Shown here: one piece after another, positions 38,688 to 48,884 of the stretch | Layout of the letters: every line of letters begins with the position of its first letter | How positions within the stretch are numbered: position 1 is the stretch's first letter | DNA from: a virus | IMG/VR virus record: IMGVR_UViG_3300023178_001963 | Length of the DNA stretch: 64,000 bases | Strand: one strand, 5' to 3' | The notes under the pieces: model-generated | What the model was told of the DNA's origin: nothing | The model's database searches: none | The model's input: the letters and a program-made list of their open reading frames with translations, nothing else | Program-made: the position numbers and the translations under genes

Positions 38688-40077
38688 CGAATATTCCTTT
38701 CATATCTTTAAATACTTCGTAAAAATTTAAGTTTCTTTGTTTGTCACACAGCATTAAATATTCTTTTAATTCGGGAAGGCGAATACTCCAATCCTCACTC
38801 TCCATAAATTTGAGCATCCCTTCTAATCTATCAATACCATAACTTGCGCTACGCCATTCATCATAATTTACTTTACCCTTGTGCCAGCCAGGAATACCTT
38901 TTTCCCAGTTAGCCTCCCACCATGGATAAAACTCTTCGTATTTTTTTCTACATTTTTCTTTAAATTCAGTAGGTAGAACTTTAACATTTAAATGTGGTGG
39001 ATGGTATACAAAGTGATAATTAATACCACCAGCTCCAAACGGCCACATATTAATCTTTTTAAATCCTTGTTCTAATTTCCAACGAATAAAGTCTGGCAAA
39101 TAGTAGATATTAAGTGCTTGTACAGCACACGCAACTGTAATCTCAACATTATCAGTTGTTTCATTATCTAGTATATGAAAAACTTCTTCAGTACGCTTCC
39201 ACTCACTAGGATAACGAATATAACTATTCATTTCACCAATACTATCTACACTATAATGGAAACGAACTAGTTTAAATTCTTTCCACAAGTCAAATAAGTC
39301 ATCACGCCACTCAACTCCGTTTGAATTATAACGTAGTTCTAAGTTTTTAGCATGACCCTGACGTATGCATTCTTCTAATATCTCATAGTGTTCTTCAATA
39401 ATAAGACTTTCGCCACCAGCAAAATAAATCTGCTGCATATTCGGTATCTGTGAATAGAATTGTTCCCAAAATACTGGATTTTGTTTATGCCAGTTGTAAG
39501 AACTACCATTTGTGCTGCCCTTATCAGCCCATTGCATTGTTTCCTTCAATGAATTATTCTGAACAAGTGGGAATATCTTTGAATGGTCTTTAATCCAACC
39601 TGAACTATCGTGTGGCGAACACATAACACATGCTAACTGACATTTTGTACCAAATCGCAAATCAATATACGTCAACTCTGGTGGGACTTCACCATCTTCA
39701 GTTGTATTATCTAGTAATCTGTCAACATCTACACGTTGACTCCAGTAATTAGTCTCCCACATACGTTTTGAATTGTGTCCAGCAGCCTCTTCTTTAAAAC
39801 ATTTTACACAACTCGGTGGGACTTCACTGTTCATCATCTGTCTGCGTACATTCTTCATGTACTTACTATTCCAAGCAGTTTGAAAATCAGTTACATTCAG
39901 ATTGTTGGGTCTACCTTCATCATCTTTTAGAATACCTACCATACCACCGTGTTCTTTATCATTAGTTGGTCCAACACTGGATGCATTAGCAGTACAACAT
40001 ACACGCATTGAACCATCTGGTCTTGTACTCAGATGTACCCACGGTAAAATACAGAATGTATCACTTTTCTTTGTCAT
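38677..40077 (-). CDS. radical SAM protein with N-terminal twitch-like module
   Basis: FCILPW..RVCC..CVKC; CQLACVMC; FAGGES; YIRYPS. Confidence 0.9.
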   Translation of the reverse strand: MTKKSDTFCILPWVHLSTRPDGSMRVCCTANASSVGPTNDKEHGGMVGILKDDEGRPNNLNVTDFQTAWNSKYMKNVRRQMMNSEVPPSCVKCFKEEAAGHNSKRMWETNYWSQRVDVDRLLDNTTEDGEVPPELTYIDLRFGTKCQLACVMCSPHDSSGWIKDHSKIFPLVQNNSLKETMQWADKGSTNGSSYNWHKQNPVFWEQFYSQIPNMQQIYFAGGESLIIEEHYEILEECIRQGHAKNLELRYNSNGVEWRDDLFDLWKEFKLVRFHYSVDSIGEMNSYIRYPSEWKRTEEVFHILDNETTDNVEITVACAVQALNIYYLPDFIRWKLEQGFKKINMWPFGAGGINYHFVYHPPHLNVKVLPTEFKEKCRKKYEEFYPWWEANWEKGIPGWHKGKVNYDEWRSASYGIDRLEGMLKFMESEDWSIRLPELKEYLMLCDKQRNLNFYEVFKDMKGIFDGI

Positions 40078-41441
40078 AATATATGTCTTTCTATTTGTAT
40101 TATGTCTTTAATATTTTCTTTTCTATGCCTATCCAGTTGTTTTGTATAAGCAATAAATTCATCTTTTAATGTTTGTTCAGCATATTTTATATCATCAGAC
40201 CAATCTAACTCTGGATTATGTATTTCTTTTTTTGATTTGCTATTAACGTATACTAACCCAAGCTCTTTAGCAATACTTAATATTCTAAGTCTGACTTCTT
40301 CGATTTCTTTCCATTTCCATCTATCATTTTCATCATAGTCTTCTATGTTGTCTATGATACTTTTTAGTTTTGTATTAGTTGGCACAAACACATCATAGTA
40401 CCATTCTTTTCTAGCACTCTTATTTATTAAATACATACTTAAGTAATTTGGATCATATAATTTGTTAAGCATCAACTGTACGTTATTCAGCCCTGATGTA
40501 TTTTGTGTTAATTTTTCAATATACCAATCAACTAAGTTACCCAAATCAAATAAGTTATATACTTGAACAACTGTACTAATATTTAAAAGTATGGTATCAC
40601 TATTCAATTCTAGTATTCGATTCATATTTCTACCAATCGTTTCCCAGTCACTTGGATTTCTTATATACTCTTGTACTTTACCAACACCATCAATACTACA
40701 ATCTAATGTTACCTTTTTAAATTGAGGTAGATACTCTAATAATCGTTCTTGTAGATTTGTTAGATTTGTAGTAATCTTTAATCTTATATTTTTTGATGTA
40801 CCATCATCAGTAACTTGTTTTAAAAAATCATACATTTCTTCGTGTAGAGTAGGTTCACCTCCAACAAATGTAATCTCTTCTATATCAACTCTGTTTTTAC
40901 TTATAAAATCCCAAAACTCTTGTGTTGCCCAATTTTCATTTATATCTTTAAAATTACTGTACCAAAGTTTATCACCACTCTGTTCAAACTTAGTATGCTC
41001 TTTTACAATTTGACTGCTAAACTGAGGCCAGCACATACGACATTTTAAATTACATAGATTACCAAGTCTTATGTCATAGTATTTTATTTTTGGATTGTTT
41101 ATTACAGTATCATCAAACTCATTTTTCTGTACCCATTTTTGATTTTCTCTACGTCTTTTGCTGGGATAAATTTCAGAACCAGATGTATAATATTTGTCTT
41201 CCTCATCAAAACATATATCACATTCAGGTAATCTCTCATCATTTAAAATGCGCTGTCTTCTATTTTTCATATGTGTACTATTCCATATTTCATCTACACT
41301 ATGTGTATTGATGTTATATGGAATCCCATCGTTATCACGTATGACATTATGCTTTGATACTTTACAACACAGACGGCAATTACCTTCTGTTGTAGTCGCA
41401 AGATGTATGAAAGGTAGAATACAAAAGTTTTTATGTGACAT
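40074..41441 (-). CDS. radical SAM protein with N-terminal twitch-like module
   Basis: Start MSHKNFCILPF at 41441; RLCC, CDIC; CNLKCRMC; VGGEPT. Confidence 0.88.
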   Translation of the reverse strand: MSHKNFCILPFIHLATTTEGNCRLCCKVSKHNVIRDNDGIPYNINTHSVDEIWNSTHMKNRRQRILNDERLPECDICFDEEDKYYTSGSEIYPSKRRRENQKWVQKNEFDDTVINNPKIKYYDIRLGNLCNLKCRMCWPQFSSQIVKEHTKFEQSGDKLWYSNFKDINENWATQEFWDFISKNRVDIEEITFVGGEPTLHEEMYDFLKQVTDDGTSKNIRLKITTNLTNLQERLLEYLPQFKKVTLDCSIDGVGKVQEYIRNPSDWETIGRNMNRILELNSDTILLNISTVVQVYNLFDLGNLVDWYIEKLTQNTSGLNNVQLMLNKLYDPNYLSMYLINKSARKEWYYDVFVPTNTKLKSIIDNIEDYDENDRWKWKEIEEVRLRILSIAKELGLVYVNSKSKKEIHNPELDWSDDIKYAEQTLKDEFIAYTKQLDRHRKENIKDIIQIERHIL

Positions 41442-41446
41442 GCTTA

Positions 41447-41476
41447 TATTTATCTTATTAACTACGAACATAAATA
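41447..41476. promoter_or_regulatory. divergent pair of late promoters
   Basis: TATTTAT at 41447-41453 (minus-strand ATAAATA) and ATAAATA at 41470-41476, each 5 nt from its ATG. Confidence 0.65.
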
Positions 41477-41481
41477 ACAGT

Positions 41482-42756
41482 ATGAAACACAGAACATATT
41501 GCACTTTCCCATTTGATAGTATTGCACCCAAGTCTTGGTACAAAGGAAAACCACACCGTATAACCCCATGCTGTAATATGAAAACTAATGATGATGACCC
41601 AATGGGAGTATCAGAACTGATATCAGAAGGCAAATCATTAAAAGATATATTTTTAAGTGAACAGTTTGACAATCTACGTTCCGATATTTTAAATGGTATT
41701 AAAAATGAAGCGTGTAACTATTGCTGGAACTTAGAAGACAAAACAGGACATAGTCCTCGTATTACTGCTATAGAGGCAATAGAGAAACCTATCGATACTA
41801 AACTCACTAGAATAGATTCTATGTTAGATGAAAATTGTAATTTACGTTGTCGTATGTGTTCTCCCAGTGTCAGTAACAGTCTAAGACAAGACTACAATAA
41901 GATATTAGAACTTGGCTTACCTTTACCAGAGTATTATAACATAAAAGAAGAAGAAAGTAAAGACGACACAAATGGAACACAAACTTTCTTTGGAATAGGT
42001 GAGCAATATGTAAACGAAATTATAGAATTGTCTGATGAAATAACAGAATTAAAATTTACCGGCGGTGAACCTACTACTAGTAAAATATTCTGGGATATCG
42101 TTGATAATATTAATCCAGAAAATATAAAACTACACCTTACAACAAACGGAACTAAGTTCAACAATAGATTGTTTGAAACAATTAATAAGTTCAATAAAAC
42201 TCACTTTACTATTTCAGTTGATGCGACCCGTAGTACATATGAATATATAAGATATCCATTTAGTTGGAGAAAATTAGAGAAGAACATTGAAGATTTATGT
42301 GAGAATACAGATCCAGAAAAATTAGAAATACACGTGTGTTCTGTTTTAACAATATATAATATGATTAATATTCGTAATCTAGTAGATTGGGTACACCAAC
42401 ATAACTGGTTTGCAGAGCATAAAATTACTTGGAAATGTATACCAGACCCTCATCCATATGAAAGCTGTTTAGATGTCAAATGGGCATCACAAGAGTTATT
42501 AGAAACTGCATGGATGAATATGTGTGTTGCCTTAGAAGATGCTAACTCATATACAAGACCAGCATTGCAAAAGACATGTGCGTATCTCAGAGATTGTATA
42601 GACGCTGAGATGGATGAAGAGATGGTGCTTAAAAAGCGGGCAAAACTAAAACTAGATACGCTAACACTAGATAAAGTAAGAGAACAAGATTACACTGAAA
42701 TGCTATATCCACAAATAGCAGATTTTATTTCAGATATTCAAATGAAGGATCAATAG
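41482..42756 (+). CDS. radical SAM protein with N-terminal twitch-like module
   Basis: Start MKHRTYCTFPF; PCC, CNYCW; CNLRCRMC; TGGEPT; YEYIRYP. Confidence 0.88.
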   Translation: MKHRTYCTFPFDSIAPKSWYKGKPHRITPCCNMKTNDDDPMGVSELISEGKSLKDIFLSEQFDNLRSDILNGIKNEACNYCWNLEDKTGHSPRITAIEAIEKPIDTKLTRIDSMLDENCNLRCRMCSPSVSNSLRQDYNKILELGLPLPEYYNIKEEESKDDTNGTQTFFGIGEQYVNEIIELSDEITELKFTGGEPTTSKIFWDIVDNINPENIKLHLTTNGTKFNNRLFETINKFNKTHFTISVDATRSTYEYIRYPFSWRKLEKNIEDLCENTDPEKLEIHVCSVLTIYNMINIRNLVDWVHQHNWFAEHKITWKCIPDPHPYESCLDVKWASQELLETAWMNMCVALEDANSYTRPALQKTCAYLRDCIDAEMDEEMVLKKRAKLKLDTLTLDKVREQDYTEMLYPQIADFISDIQMKDQ

Positions 42757-43834
42757 ACCAAACATCGATGTTTCTTATTCGACCTATGTCTTCTGTATAC
42801 TTAATTAACTTTTTATGATATTTTACATCATAAGTTTTACCTGTTACAATTTTATAAAGTTCATCACACTTATCTTGTAAATTACTATAGTTGCTTCTTA
42901 TATAGTCTATACCTTCTACAGAACGCTCTCTGGCTCTCTCAGACATTGCCCTGGTACTAAAGTGTTTTGGGTTACTACATTCTAAAAATACTATTTTAGT
43001 TCTAGGCACACGTTCTTTAAATTCAGAGAACCATGGTGCCCAACTACTAAATGATATTAAATTATAAGGTTGTGTAACTATATTGATATTCATATCATCA
43101 CATAATTCTTCTTCGATAGCCGAGTCTATATTTGATTGTATAATATTCCAATCTGCAGGATAACGTATAAATTCAACAATAGGACCAGACGCATCTAAAC
43201 TTAGTGTAACACATAATCTTTTAAATAATGGTTTATATTTGCGTAAGAACGGTAACATGCGTGTAGCATTTGTTGTAACCCACAATTCAACATTACTAGC
43301 GTCATGTTCTGCTATAAAGCTATCTAAAAATTCTATACATTTTGGATCAATTGTAGGTTCACCACCTGCAACTTTAAGAACTCTTAATTTTCCTAAATCT
43401 GCTACTGGAACATTCACTGTACTATTTTGATATCCCGGTGAAACGTCTTTGAAATACTCTTCCATTTCTGGATTAGTTTTAATAAAACTTTCTATCTTAC
43501 TACTGTCTAATGGTGAACACATATTACATTGTAGATTACAATAATTACTTGTGCGTATATCCGCATATACTGGCATAAAACTGTGACCATCCCAATCACT
43601 TGCGAATGATTCACGGTATCGATCAAAACTTTTTCTTAGTGTACTCTTACCATAACGTTCACGTTCCCAACATGTTTCACAGTTAGGCGTTTGTTCTTGT
43701 TCTTCTATATCCTGTACAGCGTCTTTATAATCATACTCCATTGGATCATATGTTGTTCTATATTGACAACACGGAGAGATACGATTATTATTAGTACGAT
43801 AGAATATACCTATATATGGCGCGGCACATTTCAT
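42725..43834 (-). CDS. radical SAM protein
   Basis: CAAPY..PCC..CETCW; CNLQCNMC; AGGEPT. Confidence 0.88.
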   Translation of the reverse strand: MKCAAPYIGIFYRTNNNRISPCCQYRTTYDPMEYDYKDAVQDIEEQEQTPNCETCWERERYGKSTLRKSFDRYRESFASDWDGHSFMPVYADIRTSNYCNLQCNMCSPLDSSKIESFIKTNPEMEEYFKDVSPGYQNSTVNVPVADLGKLRVLKVAGGEPTIDPKCIEFLDSFIAEHDASNVELWVTTNATRMLPFLRKYKPLFKRLCVTLSLDASGPIVEFIRYPADWNIIQSNIDSAIEEELCDDMNINIVTQPYNLISFSSWAPWFSEFKERVPRTKIVFLECSNPKHFSTRAMSERARERSVEGIDYIRSNYSNLQDKCDELYKIVTGKTYDVKYHKKLIKYTEDIGRIRNIDVWSIDPSFEYLK

Positions 43835-44547
43835 ACTAGACCTCTAGGTTTTAAAAAATCCTTTTCGATCCAATCTGCTACTCGTAAACAACCTTCTACT
43901 GTAAAGTGACTAGCTGAATCAGCAGAATATTTTTTAAAGTCATCACCAAACATTGTTTCTATACAATGTATTGGCTCTGCACTGTTATATTGATGTTCTG
44001 CTCCGCTTACACTGTCTTTGTGTTCAAAGCATAAATCTACTTCACGGTTAATTCTATCTGCTAGTGGTTGAAAATTAATCTTATGCTGATGACTATTTAC
44101 ATTTTCAAAATATGATTGTACCCATTCTATATAATCAGGAGCGATACCAGGTAAGTTTGTTAAGTCTTTTGGTCTATTACCCGTAAATATACCATGAGTA
44201 GTTAACCAGGCGCTACTAGCAAATACACAATCTTTTTCTAATAAATCGTTATCAAAGAATGTATAGTTATCTGAACGTTTTACAGTATACTTTTTCCAGT
44301 CAAACACTTCTGGCCATAAAGTAATTCTGAATGGAGTAGTAAGTTGAAATATCACAGCGTCTGGATTCATTTCTTGTAATAATATACTGTATAAGAAATA
44401 TTGAAATTGTACACTACTACCGCCTTTACTCAAATCTATAAAATTTAAGTGTGGATGTCTTTTGCTTAGTTGCCAACTCCAGCTTTCTTCGTATGGAGCT
44501 TTAAACCCTTGTGTGTAGCTACAGCCAAAAACTAATATATCAGGCAT
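43831..44547 (-). CDS. SGNH/GDSL-like protein
   Basis: VFGCSYTQG block I, GGS block II, DSASHF block V. Confidence 0.6.
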   Translation of the reverse strand: MPDILVFGCSYTQGFKAPYEESWSWQLSKRHPHLNFIDLSKGGSSVQFQYFLYSILLQEMNPDAVIFQLTTPFRITLWPEVFDWKKYTVKRSDNYTFFDNDLLEKDCVFASSAWLTTHGIFTGNRPKDLTNLPGIAPDYIEWVQSYFENVNSHQHKINFQPLADRINREVDLCFEHKDSVSGAEHQYNSAEPIHCIETMFGDDFKKYSADSASHFTVEGCLRVADWIEKDFLKPRGLV

Positions 44548-45634
44548 AATTTATCTCATTATGATACGCACGATTTTTGGCACAAGTTCTAATACAACGA
44601 CTAATATGTTTATTATGTCTTGGATCAAAACTGTCTGCTAGTGTCTGTAGATAGTAATCAGTGTTTAATACTTCTTCAATACTATGTTTATTTAAATCGT
44701 TCCAACCTTCAGGGAAAGAACTATACTTATCTAGTATACCATCTTTATTTTTAAAAGCACTATCCCACAAGAAACAACAAGGCCATAGAGTACTATTAGC
44801 ACTTACAAATATTTCTTTATCATGGTAAAACTTACAGTTAATACTATCAACAACTTCTTTTAGTTTTTGTTCATCTATACTCTTTGGTTCTTCTGTATAC
44901 GCTTCAATAAATTTGTCAAGTTCTTTTACAACAGCCACTTTACTGTGTTCTTTAGCACCAGTAGTCGTAATTGTCTTTTCTTCTGTAACAACTTTCTTTT
45001 TTTCATGGTCTTTCTTTTTAATTTTTGCAACCCAATCATGGTAAGTATTTCTCATACCTGTACGAGTGGCAAATCTAAAGTCAAGTTCTTCAGCACGTTT
45101 CTTTGCTGCTTCTACTTCATGTTCATTGTGGTCAAATACGATATAGATCCAACTAGCTTCAGCACGACCACCCGTACTGTGTCCACCATCGCTATATGCC
45201 TGCATATTTCTATCTATAACATCGTAGACTGTATTGACACGATAGATGTAATTTGTTTCCATTCCGTCTACACAGAAATGAACCTTAAGCCTGTCTCGGT
45301 CATACGTACCACCTAGCACACCTAGCTCATACCACCAGTCTGCGCTATTACGCCCACCGTTTGTAGAATAGTGTACATAACCGCCATTTTCTAATAACCA
45401 TTTAGTTATAGCCATACAATCTGGGTTTACAATAGGATCACCCAATACACCGCACAATTTAAATATCTTGTTTTCAATATGTCTACGATCTGGAAACCAA
45501 GTTTTAATTTGTTCAATTGACAGATTTCGCGGTTGTAATATATCTAAGTTTTGTGTTCTAGCACAACCCGGACATGCTGCGTTACAGTCACTAGTAATCT
45601 CTAACTCAACTCTTTTTATTTCATCTATATTCAT
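44540..45634 (-). CDS. radical SAM/SPASM-twitch protein
   Basis: CNAACPGC, CGVLGDP, STNGG, LWPCC, CIRTC. Confidence 0.88.
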   Translation of the reverse strand: MNIDEIKRVELEITSDCNAACPGCARTQNLDILQPRNLSIEQIKTWFPDRRHIENKIFKLCGVLGDPIVNPDCMAITKWLLENGGYVHYSTNGGRNSADWWYELGVLGGTYDRDRLKVHFCVDGMETNYIYRVNTVYDVIDRNMQAYSDGGHSTGGRAEASWIYIVFDHNEHEVEAAKKRAEELDFRFATRTGMRNTYHDWVAKIKKKDHEKKKVVTEEKTITTTGAKEHSKVAVVKELDKFIEAYTEEPKSIDEQKLKEVVDSINCKFYHDKEIFVSANSTLWPCCFLWDSAFKNKDGILDKYSSFPEGWNDLNKHSIEEVLNTDYYLQTLADSFDPRHNKHISRCIRTCAKNRAYHNEINYA

Positions 45635-45659
45635 TGTATTATATACTCACTTAATTATG

Positions 45660-45673
45660 ATAAATATATTTAT
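45660..45673. promoter_or_regulatory. palindromic bidirectional late promoter ATAAATATATTTAT
   Basis: Perfect 14-bp palindrome between divergent radical SAM genes; plus-strand core is 5 nt before ATG 45672. Confidence 0.55.
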
Positions 45674-46997
45674 GCAAAAGTCAATTGATAAAAGATACGA
45701 ACAGCACGTAGAAGTAACAAAAAAGTACGGTAGTAATTTTTGTGCTAGTCCTTGGAATAGTTTCCACGAGGGACCACAAGGATTGGTTAGTACATGCTGT
45801 AAATCAAGGGTTCCAATAGGTTGGAGTACAAAAGAGACATTTGAAGAAATGTACAATAGTGACCACGCTAAAAGTGTACGTGCTGCATTCTTACAAAACA
45901 AAAGACATCCACAATGCAAAGCATGTTGGTTACAAGAACAAAAAGGCGATCCAGCTCTTAACAGAATAATGGGCAATGCTAACGCAGAGTTAGATGATTT
46001 AGAAACTCTAATTAATGCGACAGATGAGGATGGCACACTACATGAGCATAAGCCGTATTGGTTAGATTTTTTATGGACAAATAAATGTAACTTTGCGTGT
46101 TTAGGTTGTACACCGGAACTTAGTACTACTATTAACAACAACTACAAAAAAGAATTTGCTATCTTAAACGGTAATGATCCAGAAAACTATTTTAGTCATA
46201 TGGACAATTGGAAAAATGACGGTAAAAAGAAAGTACAGTATGTACTGGATCATGCTGATACTATAAAAGATATACACTTAAATGGCGGTGAACCATGGTT
46301 AGCTGAAGAAACATATGAATTATTGGATGCTCTTCTAAAACGTGGACTACACAAGAAAATATTCATATGGAGTCATACAAACGGTAGTATTACAAAAAGC
46401 TACAAAGGTGTTGATATTATTTCAGAATACTTAGTACATTGGGGCGATAACGCCAAAGTTATAATGAGTAGTGATGGCCACGGAGAAAAGGGTGAATATA
46501 TTCGTTGGGGATATAAAGACAATAAATGGTTAGAAACCTATAATAAAGTCCGTGATGCAGGTTTAGTACTCAATATACAAACATGTTGGAATGTATATAA
46601 TGCTCTTACAATAGATGAATTAGGCGAATGGTATATAGATAATTGCCCACCAGACGATAATGAAAATAGACTTAAAATTGTTGATGGTAGTTTAACTATA
46701 TGGAATAACTTAACAACATCACCCGACATGCTTTTATACATTCCTGAATTGGCAGAGAAGGCAAAGGATGCCGCCGAAAGATCATTGAAATCAGGTAAAC
46801 ATCCATCATCATGGAAGTATACATTGCCTAGATGGATTGATTGGCTTAATAAAGATGACCCCGAACACACAACTAATACAAAAAATCTTAAATCTTGGTA
46901 TGATGGTACAGTATTAATAGATAATAAACGTAGAACAGATTTGTGTAAAACATTCCCTGAATTAACTCCGCTTTATGATAAAGCAAAGTCTATTTAA
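45672..46997 (+). CDS. radical SAM protein with N-terminal twitch-like module
   Basis: Start MQKSIDK; FCASPW..TCC..CKACW; CNFACLGC; NGGEPW. Confidence 0.88.
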   Translation: MQKSIDKRYEQHVEVTKKYGSNFCASPWNSFHEGPQGLVSTCCKSRVPIGWSTKETFEEMYNSDHAKSVRAAFLQNKRHPQCKACWLQEQKGDPALNRIMGNANAELDDLETLINATDEDGTLHEHKPYWLDFLWTNKCNFACLGCTPELSTTINNNYKKEFAILNGNDPENYFSHMDNWKNDGKKKVQYVLDHADTIKDIHLNGGEPWLAEETYELLDALLKRGLHKKIFIWSHTNGSITKSYKGVDIISEYLVHWGDNAKVIMSSDGHGEKGEYIRWGYKDNKWLETYNKVRDAGLVLNIQTCWNVYNALTIDELGEWYIDNCPPDDNENRLKIVDGSLTIWNNLTTSPDMLLYIPELAEKAKDAAERSLKSGKHPSSWKYTLPRWIDWLNKDDPEHTTNTKNLKSWYDGTVLIDNKRRTDLCKTFPELTPLYDKAKSI

Positions 46998-48075
46998 ATT
47001 GCTCACCAAATGGATCAAATTCACTTCCACATTTCATAGAACATACACCCAGTTTACCATCTGATAAGCTGGGTTTATTCCAACTGTCTACGATACCATC
47101 AAGTAATTTACCGTTCATTACTTCTTCTATAGAATTATCTAGTAAACTGATAGCATCTTTACCTCCAGATGCATCAATATGATCCCAAATTTGTTCTACA
47201 CGATAGTCTTTATGCCACCACTTGTACATACGCCCAGCAGTCCAACAACAAGGCATCAGTAAGCCTTCCGCAGTGACAAAGATTTCTTTCTTTTCAATTG
47301 CTTTACAATTTATACTACACTTATCATAGTAATCACGCATACTGCCGTATGACTTTTCTATTTCTTTTTGTTTTAGAAGTGCTAGATTCTGATTTTCTTC
47401 GCTAGTAGGTTTTTTGATTTCAGTAGTTTTTTCACCTTTACGATTTTGTGCTTGATGTGAATCTTTTTGTGTTTCACCACTTGCTACAATAAATCTACCA
47501 GACTTTTTCTTTTGAAATCTTTCACATCCCCACTCATTAGCAAGTGCTTCAGCTTCTTCTACTTGATGTTCATTGTGAGCAAATATTATATAGTCCCATC
47601 TTGCTCTACCTCCGGCGTCTATGAACGCCTTCATGTTGCGTTCTACGTTAGGCCAGACAACATTCTGCCTGTATAGATGATTAGTGTCACTAAGACCATC
47701 CACGCTGAAAATAACAGTGCCCATTCTACCAAAGACTTGGGCAAGTTCACGCCACCACGTTTCATCTTTTGCTCCTGCATTTGTATTCATTGAGAGCCAC
47801 ATGTCTTTGTTGTGTTCTCTAAAGTATTTAAATATTTCAAGTGTATCTCTAGCAACAATAGGATCTCCTAAGTTGCCACACATATACATAGTATCTAATT
47901 GTTGAATAAATTCAATTGGAAAAATACGCTTACAATCTTCTAAACTTAGTTCAGCATTAGTGATGTGTTTATTATCAGGTCCGCCGTTTTCGTTACGGTC
48001 ACACATAGGACATGCTGCTTGACAACGTTGTGTAACTTCTAAGTGTACCATTTTTATATCATCATAGTTATACAT
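46990..48075 (-). CDS. radical SAM/SPASM-twitch protein
   Basis: CQAACPMC, CGNLGDP, LMPCC, CSMKC. Confidence 0.9.
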   Translation of the reverse strand: MYNYDDIKMVHLEVTQRCQAACPMCDRNENGGPDNKHITNAELSLEDCKRIFPIEFIQQLDTMYMCGNLGDPIVARDTLEIFKYFREHNKDMWLSMNTNAGAKDETWWRELAQVFGRMGTVIFSVDGLSDTNHLYRQNVVWPNVERNMKAFIDAGGRARWDYIIFAHNEHQVEEAEALANEWGCERFQKKKSGRFIVASGETQKDSHQAQNRKGEKTTEIKKPTSEENQNLALLKQKEIEKSYGSMRDYYDKCSINCKAIEKKEIFVTAEGLLMPCCWTAGRMYKWWHKDYRVEQIWDHIDASGGKDAISLLDNSIEEVMNGKLLDGIVDSWNKPSLSDGKLGVCSMKCGSEFDPFGEQFK

Positions 48076-48884
48076 TATGTTAATACTTTCATTATATCAT
48101 CTACTAAGTAATTATCAATTATATTTTTCTGACCGGTAATACCTAAATGACAACCATCATCTGTCCAATGGTTATCTAATATTCCTTCTTTTTTTACAGA
48201 AAAATCAAAAGTATCAAGTGTTTCACAATCATCATATCCAAACCATTCAAAGATTTTAAAAGGCACTTTACTTTTTTCTAATAACTTACGAGAATATAAT
48301 AATAACGATAAATTAGATTGTACAGAATACCAATTTCCGATGTCTCCGACATGACATGACATATATTCTGAATATGTTTCTGTCACCCATTTAAGCAAAT
48401 TATTATTGTTTTCAATCATGTGATATATCATTCCTGCATTTAGCCAAACACCGCCCAAATCTTTATCTATTTTTCCGAAAACATCTTCACCGTTATTTTT
48501 TCCTCTTAGTGTAAAGTAGTTTCTTTTAGTTCTATCATCTCCCCTAGTAAGATTTTCATCAATTATCATTCCAATATTAGATATTGCATACATAAACTTT
48601 TCAATATCTGTTATTAAACCAATTCTATTTGGTACAGTTGCTTGAAAAACTACATAATCTACTCTTTCGTGTTTTAGATGTTGTTCTATCATCATACACT
48701 GTGTAGGTACACTATTACAGAAAAAAGATGTATCATATATATTAAAATCTTTTAATCCTCTTTCTGTCAATGTATCATACAACAAATGACCAAATCTCAA
48801 GTCTAATATATTTGGATCTAGTTCATCGTCTGAATATACTCCTCTAATAAAACTACATCCAACGAGTAGTATATTTTTATTCAT
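48075..48884 (-). CDS. SGNH/GDSL-like protein
   Basis: LVGCSFIRG; DDGCHLG. Confidence 0.5.
   Translation of the reverse strand: MNKNILLVGCSFIRGVYSDDELDPNILDLRFGHLLYDTLTERGLKDFNIYDTSFFCNSVPTQCMMIEQHLKHERVDYVVFQATVPNRIGLITDIEKFMYAISNIGMIIDENLTRGDDRTKRNYFTLRGKNNGEDVFGKIDKDLGGVWLNAGMIYHMIENNNNLLKWVTETYSEYMSCHVGDIGNWYSVQSNLSLLLYSRKLLEKSKVPFKIFEWFGYDDCETLDTFDFSVKKEGILDNHWTDDGCHLGITGQKNIIDNYLVDDIMKVLT

Noticed and set aside
41194-41672. Long N-terminal extensions of ORFs 40074..41672 (-) and 41194..42756 (+), implying a 480-nt antisense overlap
   Set aside because: Homologous N-termini (FCILPF / YCTFPF) and promoters place the real starts at 41441 and 41482; the extensions are shadow frames
45468-45671. 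Extension of ORF 45468..46997 overlapping the minus-strand radical SAM
   Set aside because: Real start is most likely ATG 45672, after the ATAAATA promoter
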